Of a DNA stretch of 64,000 nucleotides, positions 28,893-39,895 are shown piece after piece; position 1 is the first letter of the stretch, and every line of letters begins with the position of its first letter. The position numbers and the translations under genes are program-made. The notes under the pieces are model-generated. The model worked only from the letters and a program-made list of their open reading frames with translations, did no database searches and had not been told where the DNA came from. Origin of the DNA: an uncultured Spirochaetota bacterium (lineage in GTDB: Bacteria > Spirochaetota > UBA4802 > UBA5550); NCBI GenBank assembly GCA_963827275.1, contig CAWHAA010000004.1:320001-384000 (forward strand). The letters are read 5' to 3'.

Positions 28893-29432
28893 ATGAGGCA
28901 CAAGAATAGCGTAAAACAGCTGGGTAGGACGCATGCGCACAGGAAGGCGATGTTTGGCAACATGGTCACTTCCTTGTTCAGGCATGAAAGGATCGTGACG
29001 ACGAAAGAAAAAGGGAAAGAGCTAAAGCGGATCTCGGAACGCCTGATCACCAGGGCCAAGAGAAACATGGACCTGCCCGCCGCAGAAGACGGGAAGAAGC
29101 TGCATAATAAACGCGAGGTCATGAAAGTGGTGAAGGACAGGGAAGTCCTTACAAAGCTATTCGAGGACATCGCCCCGCGCTTCAAGGACAGAAAAGGCGG
29201 TTACACGAGAATATACCTTCTCGGCAAAAGGGCCGGTGATGCGGCGGAAATGTCGATTGTTGAGCTGGTTGACAGGAAGATTGTTGAGAAAAAGCCGGCT
29301 GAAAAAGAAAAGGACAAGGACGCCAAGAAAGAGAAAAAGCCGAAAAAAGAAGTGAAGAGCAAAGAAGAAAAAAAAGAGAAACCGAAGAAAGAGCCTAAAG
29401 AAAAGAAGGCAAAGAAAAAAGAAGATAAATAA
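28893..29432 (+). CDS. rplQ: 50S ribosomal protein L17 with Lys/Glu-rich tail
   Basis: MRH..LGR, GGYTRI and RAGDAAEM motifs. Confidence 0.97.
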   Translation: MRHKNSVKQLGRTHAHRKAMFGNMVTSLFRHERIVTTKEKGKELKRISERLITRAKRNMDLPAAEDGKKLHNKREVMKVVKDREVLTKLFEDIAPRFKDRKGGYTRIYLLGKRAGDAAEMSIVELVDRKIVEKKPAEKEKDKDAKKEKKPKKEVKSKEEKKEKPKKEPKEKKAKKKEDK

Positions 29433-29441
29433 AAGCGAGAG

Positions 29442-29473
29442 AAAAAAACCGGGCATTCAGCCCGGTTTTTTTT
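29442..29473. terminator. Bidirectional intrinsic terminator
   Basis: A7-CCGGGC-ATTCA-GCCCGG-T8 between convergent genes. Confidence 0.9.
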
Positions 29474-29485
29474 GCTGTTCTCCTG

Positions 29486-30355
29486 TCATCCCTCGCCGGT
29501 TCCGCCCTGGTTCTTTTTGAGTTTACGCAGTTCAACTGAATGGATGAGCCGCATGTTGTCGTTGGCGTCAACCTTGTATTGCTCCGGTATCCTGTCGTCG
29601 AAAACCGGGATGATTGAGCCATGGGAGGTATTGTATTTGAGCATGCTTTTGCCGAGCTGGTTTATGTTTTTGACCCGGTGGATCTCGATCCCGGTCTCCT
29701 TTGCCTCGCGGCAGAGAGTCACCACCCTTGAATAGCTGTGAATGATGTAGTTTATGTTCTGCGTGGTGAGGGTTGTCTTTTTCCTCAAAATCGCCGTCTC
29801 CGGGTCCTCAAAGATATTTTTCGCGGCGTGATATTTTTTGTATCCCTCGCGGAGGTATGACTCTATCTTTTCCCTGTCGTGGAAAAGGTGGTATTTATCA
29901 GGGTCATAGGGCTTGATGTCTTTCATCGGGTCATAGGGCCTGGCGAAATACATTGCAAGCCCGCTTTTTTTACTGTATTCGATGAGGTTGTCAAAGGCGT
30001 CCTTTGACGTGGAGTCGAGTATATCTTTTGTACGCTTCAGATAAATGTCATCGATAGTTTCGAGGAGCGATATCATCTCCATCTTTAATTTTTTAAATTT
30101 CGAGGTGGAAATGGTGAAATTCTGTCCGTAATAATTTTCTCCCGCATCCTGAAATTGTACCTTCAGGTCGGAAAATCGTTTTTTTAACGCCTCGTCGCCG
30201 AAATTTTCGACCATGACCCTGATTTCCCGGAGCTTGGTCATGGTCAGGCCGTAATCCTGGTAGGACTTGACCGTCGGGGAGATAGCGTGCAGGGCCCCTG
30301 GTGAAAGGGCCATCATAAAAAATGTACTTGCCAGTAACAGCGTTAATCTTTTCAT
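29486..30355 (-). CDS. Exported helical hypothetical protein (recalled resemblance to the Leptospira LIC11274 family)
   Basis: Signal peptide ending ALHA; 289-aa ORF; LCREAK and VFDDRIPE segments. Confidence 0.75.
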   Translation of the reverse strand: MKRLTLLLASTFFMMALSPGALHAISPTVKSYQDYGLTMTKLREIRVMVENFGDEALKKRFSDLKVQFQDAGENYYGQNFTISTSKFKKLKMEMISLLETIDDIYLKRTKDILDSTSKDAFDNLIEYSKKSGLAMYFARPYDPMKDIKPYDPDKYHLFHDREKIESYLREGYKKYHAAKNIFEDPETAILRKKTTLTTQNINYIIHSYSRVVTLCREAKETGIEIHRVKNINQLGKSMLKYNTSHGSIIPVFDDRIPEQYKVDANDNMRLIHSVELRKLKKNQGGTGEG

Positions 30356-30642
30356 GACATTTTCCTTGATAATGTATTAGGCATAGTAGCATGCTATTCA
30401 AATCAGATCCGGCCCAGAATTTAAGCAATCTGCAACCCCATATAAATTTTCGACAGGAAATATTGAAATCTTTACGATTATATTGGCCCGTTCAGGAGGG
30501 ACGGAATCTTGATTGAGGGCACGGGCACACGAAGAAAATATATGACGCATTTTATCCCCATTATTAAAAAGGTTATTGATTAATTTTAATTACATTTTAT
30601 AATGATATTGTTGGATGGTCAGAACAGTATTCGGAGTGCGGC

Positions 30643-31521
30643 ATGGATAAAGATTTAAAGTTATCATTCCGGCAGAAGAATCCGTCGGTTTGCCCGGTAT
30701 GCTCATTTGAGTTTCATCGTGAAGAATTGCTGTCGGGCGGCGGCAGATTGATCGCGGGCAAATTGACGGATGAATTGAAGCGAAATTATGATGTGAGTAA
30801 AAAATACGGCAGGGTATACCCGCTTGCCTATGTGTTGACCGTATGTCCGAGTTGCTATTATTCGGCCTTTCCCAAGGACTTTGAGACGCTGGACAATGGC
30901 GAAGTCGACAAGATCCGCGAGCTCACTCCGGCGAGAAAAAATGTCATAAAAAAATTTTTTGGCGACCTCGATTTTAACGGGAACCGCGAGCTGAAAACCG
31001 GCGCCGCTTCGTACATGCTGGCGGTCGACTGTTACAGCTACAGGAACAGGAAAATCGCTCCCACGTTCAAGATCGCGCTGTCGTCGTTACGCGCGGCGTG
31101 GCTGTTCAACGATCTTGCGAAGGAGCAGCCCGATGGCTCCTTTGGAAAAATTGCGGTGTTTTTCTATAAGAAGGCGTATCAGTCATATGTTAAACTGATC
31201 GATATTTTGCAGACCGGCGCTGAGCCGGTCGAGGCGGCCGGCAACCTGGGACCCGATACCGATAAGAACTGGGGCTACGAGGGGGTCCTGTACCTTACTG
31301 CGGTCCTGACCCTCAAAGTCGGCGCCAAGGAAACAGACCCGAAAAAGAGGATGGAAGACTTCGAAAAATGCAAGCGCTACCTCAGCCGCCTGTTCGGTTC
31401 CGGCAAGACATCGAAGTCGAAACCGAGCGAGTTGCTGGACAAGACAAAAGACGTGTATGATAAAATAAATCAGATGATAGATGAATGGAAACAGGGAGAG
31501 GGACAGACAACAGAAGGCTAG
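30643..31521 (+). CDS. DUF2225-like protein (Zn ribbon plus TPR-like helices)
   Basis: CPVC and VCPSCYYSA..DF; LRAAWL motif. Confidence 0.8.
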   Translation: MDKDLKLSFRQKNPSVCPVCSFEFHREELLSGGGRLIAGKLTDELKRNYDVSKKYGRVYPLAYVLTVCPSCYYSAFPKDFETLDNGEVDKIRELTPARKNVIKKFFGDLDFNGNRELKTGAASYMLAVDCYSYRNRKIAPTFKIALSSLRAAWLFNDLAKEQPDGSFGKIAVFFYKKAYQSYVKLIDILQTGAEPVEAAGNLGPDTDKNWGYEGVLYLTAVLTLKVGAKETDPKKRMEDFEKCKRYLSRLFGSGKTSKSKPSELLDKTKDVYDKINQMIDEWKQGEGQTTEG

Positions 31522-32279
31522 CCCTCGAGGTACAGTACGACGGGACAAGTTTCAACGGGTGGCAGGTCCAGAACGGGGGAAGAACGGTACAGGGTGAAAT
31601 TGAAAAGGCGATCCGTATATTACTCAGGGAGGAGAAACGGGTTGTCGCGTCCGGGAGGACCGACACCGGGGTCCATGCCATCTGCCAGATCGTTCATTTT
31701 GATACCACCAGCGAGATCGGGCTCCAGCGCGCCTGCATCGGGCTGAACGGGATTCTGCCCCGCGACGTATCAGTGAAAAACGTTTATCATGTCCCCGGCG
31801 ATTTCCATGCGCGTTTCGGCGCGGTTGCGAGGAGGTACCGCTATTGTATATACAACCATCCGTCGAGGACCCCGTTCATGCAGCACCGCGCAATGTGGGT
31901 TCATGAACGGCTGGATGTCGAATACATGAAGCGGGTTGCGTCGCACCTGGTCGGGGAGAGGGACTTTTCCTCGTTCTGCAAAAAGCGGGAATCAAAAAAG
32001 ATCAATACCGTCAGGCGGATCACGGGCATCGACATACGAAGGAAAGACGCCCTCATTATGCTCGACATCACGGGGAATGCGTTCCTCCATAACATGATCC
32101 GCATCATGGTCGGGACGATGGTTGACATGAACAAGGCGAATGCGGACCCAAAACAGATCATGGATATCCTTGCGAAATGCGACCGGGTATATGGCGGCAG
32201 CACCGCGCCCCCCTACGGCCTTTACCTGATGGAAGTCTCGTATGATCCCGGTCTTTCCACAATGGAATCAGCTTTTTAA
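31485..32279 (+). CDS. truA: tRNA pseudouridine(38-40) synthase
   Basis: YDGTSFNGWQ, SGRTDTGVHA, FHARF, FLHNMIR and APPYGLYL motifs. Confidence 0.97.
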   Translation: METGRGTDNRRLALEVQYDGTSFNGWQVQNGGRTVQGEIEKAIRILLREEKRVVASGRTDTGVHAICQIVHFDTTSEIGLQRACIGLNGILPRDVSVKNVYHVPGDFHARFGAVARRYRYCIYNHPSRTPFMQHRAMWVHERLDVEYMKRVASHLVGERDFSSFCKKRESKKINTVRRITGIDIRRKDALIMLDITGNAFLHNMIRIMVGTMVDMNKANADPKQIMDILAKCDRVYGGSTAPPYGLYLMEVSYDPGLSTMESAF

Positions 32280-32425
32280 CCGGGGTCCGCACCCGGCGGG
32301 CAGGCCGCACCGGGTACCATGAAAATAGTATTTAATTTATTGACATAAATAACCCTTGGTAAACTATTACCAGATATCGGATGTAACAATTTCCCGGCAT
32401 CTTTTACAAATTATTAAAATCATTT

Positions 32426-32992
32426 ATGAAAAAAACCGGTTTATACAGTGCGTTGACTGTCGTGATATGCCTGCTGTTCCAGGACATAACCTATGCATAT
32501 AAGGAGCGGAAGGATAATTTTTCGAAACCGCAGGTCGGGGCGTGGTTCGGACCAGTCACGCCGCTGGGCGAAACCGGGAAGCGCGTGGAGACAAACCTCG
32601 GGGGAGGCGGCTTTGCCAGATTCACCTTTCCCTGGCCGTTCCTGAAAATCGGGGTGGATGCGTCATACCAGAAATTCAAGTCCAAGGGCGTGAATGAATT
32701 GCAATTTGTCCCGGTATATGGAAACCTGCTCTTCCAGATCCCGGTCGATTTTCCTGTCAGGTTCCAGTTCAAGGGCGGCGCCGGGGCCGGCTGGCTGTCG
32801 GTGAAGCCCGATAATAAAACACAGTGGGACCCGATTTTTATGGCTGGTTTTGAGGTCTCGTTCCCGGCGGGGAGGATCGTCAATATCGGTTTGCGGATCG
32901 ATTACATTTATATATATGAAGGGTATATAAAGGGATCAAAAAACGGCGGTCATATCCTCAATACGGGTATACAGCTCTATTTCAATATATAA
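32426..32992 (+). CDS. Small outer-membrane beta-barrel protein
   Basis: Signal peptide; alternating hydrophobic strands; aromatic-rich C-terminus GIQLYFNI. Confidence 0.75.
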   Translation: MKKTGLYSALTVVICLLFQDITYAYKERKDNFSKPQVGAWFGPVTPLGETGKRVETNLGGGGFARFTFPWPFLKIGVDASYQKFKSKGVNELQFVPVYGNLLFQIPVDFPVRFQFKGGAGAGWLSVKPDNKTQWDPIFMAGFEVSFPAGRIVNIGLRIDYIYIYEGYIKGSKNGGHILNTGIQLYFNI

Positions 32993-33024
32993 TAATACGC
33001 GCTGCCTTCCGCAGCAGGTTGAGT

Positions 33025-34536
33025 ATGATGATAGTTAAACGCATCATGGCATTCATCGGTATTTGCACCGCTTCGCTCATTATGGGGTGCGGTACAGATC
33101 CGCTCCTTACCAATATCGGGACAAACCAGCTCCTCGTGGTGCTGAAGGGCACCTATGAATCAAACAGCCCCATGCCATGGTCGATGCCTGACCCCTGCCA
33201 GGCGTATGCAGAGCGTGTACCGGGTGATCCAGCCAGCGTTGCCTGTTCCGCATACACGGCAGCCCACACGACCACTGTCCAGGATGATTCGGTCATCGAG
33301 TGCGACGGCAGCAATCCCGGACCGTACGGAAAGGATGACACCAATCCCGGCGCGTTCCTGATGGACATCTCGGAAATAAAGCTCGTGGATTATAATGGGG
33401 ATACCCATAAATTTGCAAATTATCGCCAGACCTATGCGTTCGGAATGAATGAAGTCGATCCGTTTTTCAGCGGGGTCGGCTATCTTCTTGATAATGATGA
33501 TGCGCCGTCAAAGGCCTACGCGGCCATCCTCCTGTATGTCAGAAAGATGCTTGTTGACGGCGCGAAAAGATACACGCCAGATGCAAAGGGCTGGCGGTCG
33601 GAGCTGGTGTGGGATGTTTTTTCAGAAACGGAATTGCCCACTTTCAATTTCAACAAGTTCCAGATGCATTCCTATTACGACACCCTGCGCTATGAAAGCG
33701 CCTACCTGAACAGGGTCTATCCTATCATAATTCCGATCAGCGACCTGAAGGGAATGATTTTTTCTAACGAGTTCCCCTATACGGTCCTCGAAATACGGAT
33801 TGTCGTAAAAAACTTCATTAAAAAGTACGAGCAGATAGGGGTCAACGGCAACCTCACCACTGCGACGCATTATTACGCGCTTTCCGATTGGCTCCAGGAT
33901 GTTCAGCCGGGTGACAGCGTAATCGGTGGGAATATACTTACCGTTGCCAGATCATACGTGCCCGGACTTGTCGGAAGTATCAGCGGCACAATCCCGCTTG
34001 GGTCCGGTTCGCCCGGCCGGCATGTCATTGCGATACCAGAAGGTGCCAGTATTAATGAATACACCATCCCGTTAAATCCGCGGAGCCTGAACAACTGCAA
34101 TCTGCCGACCGCCCCCGGGCTCTCCCTGTCGACGAACATCGTTGACATGATGGCATATTACCTGAAACTTGAAAAATTCAACAATGACTGGAACCTGTGG
34201 GTCCCGGGCATATGCACGACGTTTGACACCTTTACAACAGAGGCGTCAAAGGCCCATACCTACATACTGGAGTGGGACAAGTTTGCCGGCGAAATAGGTA
34301 TGTATAATTTTAAGATACCCCACTACGCCGTTTTCGCCGGGATCGATCCGGCCGCCACTCCCCCGCTTACCGGCGCGTTCACCATCGATAATGTATCGCC
34401 GGGGTCATATAACCTCTACATCGCGAATGTCGCCCCTACCTACGGCATGCTTTACAACGACGGGCAATTTACGCCATATTCGGGCAATCCCGTGGCCGTA
34501 TCAATCGGGTCGAATACCGTTGTAACATTCCCCTGA
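33025..34536 (+). CDS. Putative surface lipoprotein (recalled resemblance to the Leptospira LIC11270 family)
   Basis: Lipobox-like LIMGC; LLVVLKGTY and GGNILTVARSY segments; beta-rich C-terminus. Confidence 0.7.
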   Translation: MMIVKRIMAFIGICTASLIMGCGTDPLLTNIGTNQLLVVLKGTYESNSPMPWSMPDPCQAYAERVPGDPASVACSAYTAAHTTTVQDDSVIECDGSNPGPYGKDDTNPGAFLMDISEIKLVDYNGDTHKFANYRQTYAFGMNEVDPFFSGVGYLLDNDDAPSKAYAAILLYVRKMLVDGAKRYTPDAKGWRSELVWDVFSETELPTFNFNKFQMHSYYDTLRYESAYLNRVYPIIIPISDLKGMIFSNEFPYTVLEIRIVVKNFIKKYEQIGVNGNLTTATHYYALSDWLQDVQPGDSVIGGNILTVARSYVPGLVGSISGTIPLGSGSPGRHVIAIPEGASINEYTIPLNPRSLNNCNLPTAPGLSLSTNIVDMMAYYLKLEKFNNDWNLWVPGICTTFDTFTTEASKAHTYILEWDKFAGEIGMYNFKIPHYAVFAGIDPAATPPLTGAFTIDNVSPGSYNLYIANVAPTYGMLYNDGQFTPYSGNPVAVSIGSNTVVTFP

Positions 34537-34660
34537 CGGTTTTAAAAATTTATCGTTCCCGGCATTAATGTAATTGACCTTGCCGCCCCCTCTCCTTAAT
34601 TAGGATTGACTACCATAAACCACGGCCGCGCGCCGTTGTATGAATGTGCGGGGAGATCCT

Positions 34661-35890
34661 ATGTCAAAGCTGAAAATCATCGTTCAAAAGTATGGCGGGA
34701 CAAGCGTCGGTACGCCGGAGCGCATCAAGGCGGTGGCCGAGCGGATCAAGGGCTACACGGGCAAAGGGTATTCAGTCGTGGTGGTCGTATCCGCCATGGG
34801 CAAGACAACGGATGAGCTGATTACGCTCGCGGGGCAGATAACAAAAAACCCGAATAGCAGGGAAATGGACATGCTGCTGTCCACCGGGGAGCAGGTGTCG
34901 ATATCGCTCCTGGCGATGGCGCTGCATGATATCGGCATCGACGCCATCTCCTACACCGGCTCCCAGATCAAGATGATGACCGATGGGAATTTCTCAAAGG
35001 CCAAGATCGAGAGCATCGCGACCAACCGCATCATGAAGTCGCTCGAAGACAACAAGGTCGTCATTGTCGCCGGGTTCCAGGGGATCGATACGGACGAAAA
35101 CATCACCACCCTGGGACGGGGCGGGTCGGACACCTCGGCGGTCGCGCTCGCCGCAGTGCTCGGAACGCGGGACTGCGAAATATATACTGACGTAAACGGA
35201 GTATTCACGGCAGACCCGCGCATCATAGCGAACACGGAAAAGTTGAAGGAAGTCAGCTACGATGAGATGCTCGAGCTTGCGCGGCTCGGGGCGGCGGTGC
35301 TCCACTCCCGTTCCGTCGAGTTTGCTAAGAAATACAATATTCGACTGCATGTCAGGTCGAGTTTCAATTATGAAGAAGGCACAATCGTGATGCCAAAGGA
35401 GGAGATGATGGAGAAGTATGTTATCAGCGGCGTGACCGCGAAACGCGATGAAGCGAAGATCACCATATGGGACATACCCGACCATCCGGGCATTGCCGCG
35501 CGGTTGTTCAGCATAATGGGACAGAACAAGCTGTATGTCAACATGATCGTGCAGTCCACCGGCAAGGATAACAGGGCGTCCATCTCCTTCACGGTGCTGA
35601 AAAGCGACCTTGATAAAGCGATGAAGCTGTGCGACGATTTCAAGAAGGAGCTCGGCGCGAGCGGCGTTGAGGCAAAGAAGGATATCGCGATCGTGTCCGC
35701 GGTAGGGGTCGGGATGCTCTCTTCCTACGGCGTCGCGGGCAGGATCTTCCAGGTGCTCTCGGACCAGAAGATCAATATTGAAATGATCTCCACTTCCGAG
35801 ATCGGCATCTCCTGCGTCATAGACGACATATACGCGGAGCTCGCGCAGAAGGTAATCCACAAGGCGTTCATCGAAGCGGAGCAGAAATAA
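34661..35890 (+). CDS. lysC: Aspartate kinase
   Basis: [21 protein letters not shown] and [11 protein letters not shown] motifs; two ACT domains. Confidence 0.95.
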   Translation: MSKLKIIVQKYGGTSVGTPERIKAVAERIKGYTGKGYSVVVVVSAMGKTTDELITLAGQITKNPNSREMDMLLSTGEQVSISLLAMALHDIGIDAISYTGSQIKMMTDGNFSKAKIESIATNRIMKSLEDNKVVIVAGFQGIDTDENITTLGRGGSDTSAVALAAVLGTRDCEIYTDVNGVFTADPRIIANTEKLKEVSYDEMLELARLGAAVLHSRSVEFAKKYNIRLHVRSSFNYEEGTIVMPKEEMMEKYVISGVTAKRDEAKITIWDIPDHPGIAARLFSIMGQNKLYVNMIVQSTGKDNRASISFTVLKSDLDKAMKLCDDFKKELGASGVEAKKDIAIVSAVGVGMLSSYGVAGRIFQVLSDQKINIEMISTSEIGISCVIDDIYAELAQKVIHKAFIEAEQK

Positions 35891-36990
35891 TGCTGACCGT
35901 CGGGGTCCTCTTCGGCGGCCGCTCGGGCGAGCACGATGTGTCGCTCTGCTCGGCGGCATCTGTCGTTTCCGCGCTGGACCCCGCGAAATACGCGGTCGTT
36001 GCGATCGGCATCGACCGCGACGGCCGCTGGTACGTGCAGGACAGGCCGGTCATCGTCGATGACAGGGACTTCGGCCGCGTTTTGAAGCTGGAGAGAAAGG
36101 GAAACTGGCTCGTCAACCACTTCGAAGAGAACGGCAGACTCGTTCTGCATGACATTGAAACCGGCAAAAGCGTTGCCGTGGACGTCGTGTTCCCGGCGGT
36201 GCACGGCACCTACTGCGAGGACGGCACGCTCCAGGGCCTGCTCGAGCTTGCCATGGTCCCGTATGTCGGGGCGGATTCAGTCGGGTCGTCGATCGGCATA
36301 GACAAGGACGTGACGAAGCGCCTGCTCCGTGACAGCGGCATACCGGTGGTCCCCTGGGAGACGGTTGCCCGGGAGGACTGGGACCGCGATGCGCCGCAGA
36401 TCCTCGACAGGATCGGGAAGGGACTGCGCCTGCCGCTGTTCGTCAAGCCGGCGCGGACCGGTTCCTCGGTCGGGGTGATGAAAGTCAAGGCGGCGGATGA
36501 GCTTGCCGGGGCCATTGAATTCGCCTTTCAGTATGACACCCGGCTGCTGGTGGAAGAGGGGATCAACGCGCGGGAGATCGAATGCGCGGTCCTCGGCAAC
36601 AACGACCCCGAGGCTTCGGTGCCGGGCGAGATCATCCCCCGGCATGAGTTCTATTCCTACGAATCAAAATACATCGACCCGAACGGCGCGGAGCTGTCGA
36701 TACCCGCCCGGCTCGATGAAAAAATTGCCGCCTCGATCCGGGACGCTGCCGTCAGGGGCTACCGGGCGCTCTGCTGCAGCGGCATGGCGCGTGTCGATTT
36801 CTTCCTCGATAAAACCACGGGCGACTACTACCTCAATGAAATCAACACTCTCCCCGGGTTCACCAGCATAAGCATGTATCCAAAGCTATGGGCGCATACG
36901 GGACTTGAATACGCGCGCCTGATCGATACCCTGATCGATCTTGCGCTGGAGCGCCATCGCGCCAGGATGAAGATCCGGACCGATCGATGA
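35890..36990 (+). CDS. ddl: D-alanine--D-alanine ligase
   Basis: FGGRSGEHDVSL, HGTYCEDG, GSSVG, FYSYESKY and NEINTLPG motifs. Confidence 0.97.
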   Translation: MLTVGVLFGGRSGEHDVSLCSAASVVSALDPAKYAVVAIGIDRDGRWYVQDRPVIVDDRDFGRVLKLERKGNWLVNHFEENGRLVLHDIETGKSVAVDVVFPAVHGTYCEDGTLQGLLELAMVPYVGADSVGSSIGIDKDVTKRLLRDSGIPVVPWETVAREDWDRDAPQILDRIGKGLRLPLFVKPARTGSSVGVMKVKAADELAGAIEFAFQYDTRLLVEEGINAREIECAVLGNNDPEASVPGEIIPRHEFYSYESKYIDPNGAELSIPARLDEKIAASIRDAAVRGYRALCCSGMARVDFFLDKTTGDYYLNEINTLPGFTSISMYPKLWAHTGLEYARLIDTLIDLALERHRARMKIRTDR

Positions 36991-37649
36991 GACTTCATGC
37001 CGTTCTCTTCGATATGGACGGGGTCGTCGTCGATTCCATGAGGTTCCATGCCGCGGCGTGGAAGCAGGTCCTCGGCGAGCACGGCCTTGCGGTGGAGGAA
37101 ATCGAAATTTACCTGCGCGAAGGGATGTCCGGACGCCAGTCCATCGAGGACATTTTTGCGGATCATGGCCGGCCGTTCCCCTGCGAGGACCGCTTCCAAA
37201 AGCTCATTGCAAAAAAACACGCGCTGTTTGAACGGAACACGATCGGGCTCTTCCCGTCGGTTGTCCCCATGCTTGAGTGGGTGAAGGCGAGGGGCGCGTG
37301 CGCGGCCCTGGTGACCGGCTCGGCACGGCGGTCAATCGACCACATGATGCCGGAAAGGGTCCTTTCCCTGTTTGACGCGGTCATCGGCGCCGAGGACGTT
37401 GCGAAAGGGAAGCCGGACCCCGAGCCGTACAGGCGGGCCCTTGAAAAGCTCGGTGCGGACCCTGCCGCGGCCCTCGCGATAGAAAACGCGCCGATGGGAA
37501 TCCGCTCCGCAAAGGGCGCCGGCGTCACCTGCTACGCGATCGAGACCACGCTCCCCCGGCAGTATCTTTCCGCGGCTGACCTGATTTTCGGCGATCATGC
37601 CTCGCTTTTCGAGTATTTCAAATCATGCGGCGAGACCGGGAGGCGGTGA
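36987..37649 (+). CDS. HAD-family phosphatase (beta-PGM-like)
   Basis: FDMDGVVVDS, KGKPDPEPY and IENAPMG motifs. Confidence 0.9.
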   Translation: MRLHAVLFDMDGVVVDSMRFHAAAWKQVLGEHGLAVEEIEIYLREGMSGRQSIEDIFADHGRPFPCEDRFQKLIAKKHALFERNTIGLFPSVVPMLEWVKARGACAALVTGSARRSIDHMMPERVLSLFDAVIGAEDVAKGKPDPEPYRRALEKLGADPAAALAIENAPMGIRSAKGAGVTCYAIETTLPRQYLSAADLIFGDHASLFEYFKSCGETGRR

Positions 37650-37776
37650 CCCCCCCGGGCGGCCATTTTTTTATTGACACTGCCCGTTTCATCGCATTTA
37701 TATGATTATCCGTACAAGGTCCTTCCGGGCAGCATGCGCGGTACGGGCGGTATCCTACAAAGAGTCAGGTAAGCAT

Positions 37777-38664
37777 ATGGCGACACGGCCTTCGGAAAAA
37801 CGGATCCAGAAAAAGGCGCAGCGGCAGATGGCGCGAAGCGAGAAACGGGCGACCCGGCACGGGCGGTCGGGGAAAACACGCCGTGCGATCGGCGACTTCA
37901 TCATCCAGAAGCGGTCCATCGTGCCGAACATGATCACCATGTCGAACATGACCATGGGGTTTTTCGCCATCATCATGGCGAGCAGGGGCGACAATTTTTC
38001 CCTGGCGGTTGCGGGGGTGATGATTTTTCTGGGCACCATTTTTGACGCGGTGGACGGCGCGGTGGCGCGCGCAATGCATGTGGCGAGCCCGGTCGGGGTC
38101 CAGCTCGATTCGCTCGCCGACGGGATCGCGTACGGGATCGCTCCCGCGGTAATCGCCTACCAGGCGTATCTCAGGAAGCTGCCGTCAGGCGTCACCATAA
38201 TCGACTTCGGGATGCTCATCGCGCTCATCTACCCGATCTGCGCAATATACCGGCTCGCGCGCTTCAACGTCGGCGCCGAGGATGACGACCACACCAGGTT
38301 CAAGGGCCTCCCTTCGCCTGCCGCGGGCATAATCATCGCCTCCATACCGGTGTTGATGGTCCCCGATTTTCTTTCCGTCCTGAAAACGACGATGGTGATT
38401 CCCGGGGAGATTTTTATCGCCATCTACGTTCTCGTCAGCATCCTCATGGTGTCCCGCGTCGATTACAGCAAGGTTTTCCCGGATATCCAGCGCATAGGCG
38501 GCAGGCCGGCACTGGTGGTGTCGATGATACTGGGTCTCCTGTGCCTGGGGCTCTTCAGCGCATGGTTTGTATTCGGCTTCATGATGACCTACATGATCAT
38601 AGGAATCATTGCATACGTTATAAAGCTGGCCAGGCGCAAAAAAAAATCCTCCGCTAGCGCGTGA
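37777..38664 (+). CDS. pssA: CDP-diacylglycerol--serine O-phosphatidyltransferase
   Basis: DAVDGAVAR..G.QLDSLAD, YRLARFN and FKGLPSPAA motifs; basic N-terminal extension. Confidence 0.85.
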   Translation: MATRPSEKRIQKKAQRQMARSEKRATRHGRSGKTRRAIGDFIIQKRSIVPNMITMSNMTMGFFAIIMASRGDNFSLAVAGVMIFLGTIFDAVDGAVARAMHVASPVGVQLDSLADGIAYGIAPAVIAYQAYLRKLPSGVTIIDFGMLIALIYPICAIYRLARFNVGAEDDDHTRFKGLPSPAAGIIIASIPVLMVPDFLSVLKTTMVIPGEIFIAIYVLVSILMVSRVDYSKVFPDIQRIGGRPALVVSMILGLLCLGLFSAWFVFGFMMTYMIIGIIAYVIKLARRKKKSSASA

Positions 38665-38685
38665 TGGTTATTTCATTCATACAGG

Positions 38686-39885
38686 ATGGTGCAGATGGCT
38701 ACCAGCAATATTATCATAATCGGCGCTTCGGCCGCGGGCATATCGGCAGCGCGGGAGATACGGGCCGTTGATGGCGCCATACCCGTCAGTATCTTCACGG
38801 AAGAAATGCATTATCCCTATTACCGGCCCATGCTCACCGAATATATCGGCGACAGGGGCGTTGAAAAAAAAGCCAACTTCCTCCTCAATCCTGAAAAATG
38901 GTATGAGGAAAAGAAGGTGGAGCTCCTCCTCGGCACGAAGGTCGCGTCGATAGATCCCGCGGGGAAGTCGATCCAGACCGTTTCCGGCGACACGCACCGG
39001 TTCGGCGCCCTGATACTTGCAAACGGGAGTTCGCCCTTCGTGCCCTTCAAGGACGCCGCGGGGAAGAAAAATGTTCATTCCGTAAGGACGCTGGATGACG
39101 CACGGGCGGTCGAGTCGCAGGCGGAACATATTAAGAACGCCGTCGTTATCGGCGGGGGGCTGCTCGGGCTCGAGGCGGCCAATTCGCTGATGAACCGGGG
39201 CATCGGGGTGACGGTGATAGAAGGGAGCGACCGCATCCTGCCGCGCCAGCTTGACCCGCAGTGCTCGGCGATCCTGTATGATTTGATTGTGAAAAAGAAC
39301 GTTGCCCTCATGCTGGGCAAATCGATAGAAGGGATCGCGGGCGGAGAAACCGCGACGGGCGTCAGGCTCGCGTCCGGGGAAACGGTGCCGGCCGAGATGA
39401 TCGTCATATCGATCGGCGTGCGCCCCAATGTCGACCTTGCCAGGCAGTGCGGCGTGCAGGTGAACAGGGCCGTCGTTGTGAACGAGCGCATGGAGACCTC
39501 GGTCCCGGGGATCTATGCCTGCGGCGACGTGGCGGAATTCAACGGGAAATGCATCTCGCTCTGGATGCCGGCGATGCGCCAGGGCAAGGTGGCTGGATCA
39601 AACGCGGCGGGAAGGCCGGCACAGTTTGCCGACGAGGCATATCCCGCGGTGCTCAATTCGTTCGGGACCAGGATCTTTTCCTCCGGCGATCTCTGTCTGG
39701 AAAGAAAGGAGGGGGAATACCGGACGCATTTTGCGCAGGACGAGGCCAGGGGCAGCTACAAAAAGCTGTTTTTCGTCAATGAACGGCTTGCCGGGTTCAT
39801 ACTGATCGGCGATATCGCGGAATCGCAGAAGCTGAACGCGGCATTGAAGGCCGGGACAACGTTCTCTGAAATCGTTAAAGAATGA
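38686..39885 (+). CDS. NAD(P)/FAD-dependent oxidoreductase (NADH:rubredoxin oxidoreductase or NirB N-terminal-like)
   Basis: IIGASAAG, YYRPML, GGGLLGLE and TSVPGIYACGD motifs. Confidence 0.88.
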   Translation: MVQMATSNIIIIGASAAGISAAREIRAVDGAIPVSIFTEEMHYPYYRPMLTEYIGDRGVEKKANFLLNPEKWYEEKKVELLLGTKVASIDPAGKSIQTVSGDTHRFGALILANGSSPFVPFKDAAGKKNVHSVRTLDDARAVESQAEHIKNAVVIGGGLLGLEAANSLMNRGIGVTVIEGSDRILPRQLDPQCSAILYDLIVKKNVALMLGKSIEGIAGGETATGVRLASGETVPAEMIVISIGVRPNVDLARQCGVQVNRAVVVNERMETSVPGIYACGDVAEFNGKCISLWMPAMRQGKVAGSNAAGRPAQFADEAYPAVLNSFGTRIFSSGDLCLERKEGEYRTHFAQDEARGSYKKLFFVNERLAGFILIGDIAESQKLNAALKAGTTFSEIVKE

Positions 39886-39895
39886 CGGAGAAACA

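Noticed and set aside
34537..34660. Lysine riboswitch before aspartate kinase
   Set aside because: The spacer is only about 125 nt including a probable promoter, and no L-box consensus is visible.
35890..36990. VanA/VanB-type D-Ala-D-Lac ligase
   Set aside because: The omega loop FYSYESKY is of the D-Ala-D-Ala type and there are no vanH or vanX neighbours.
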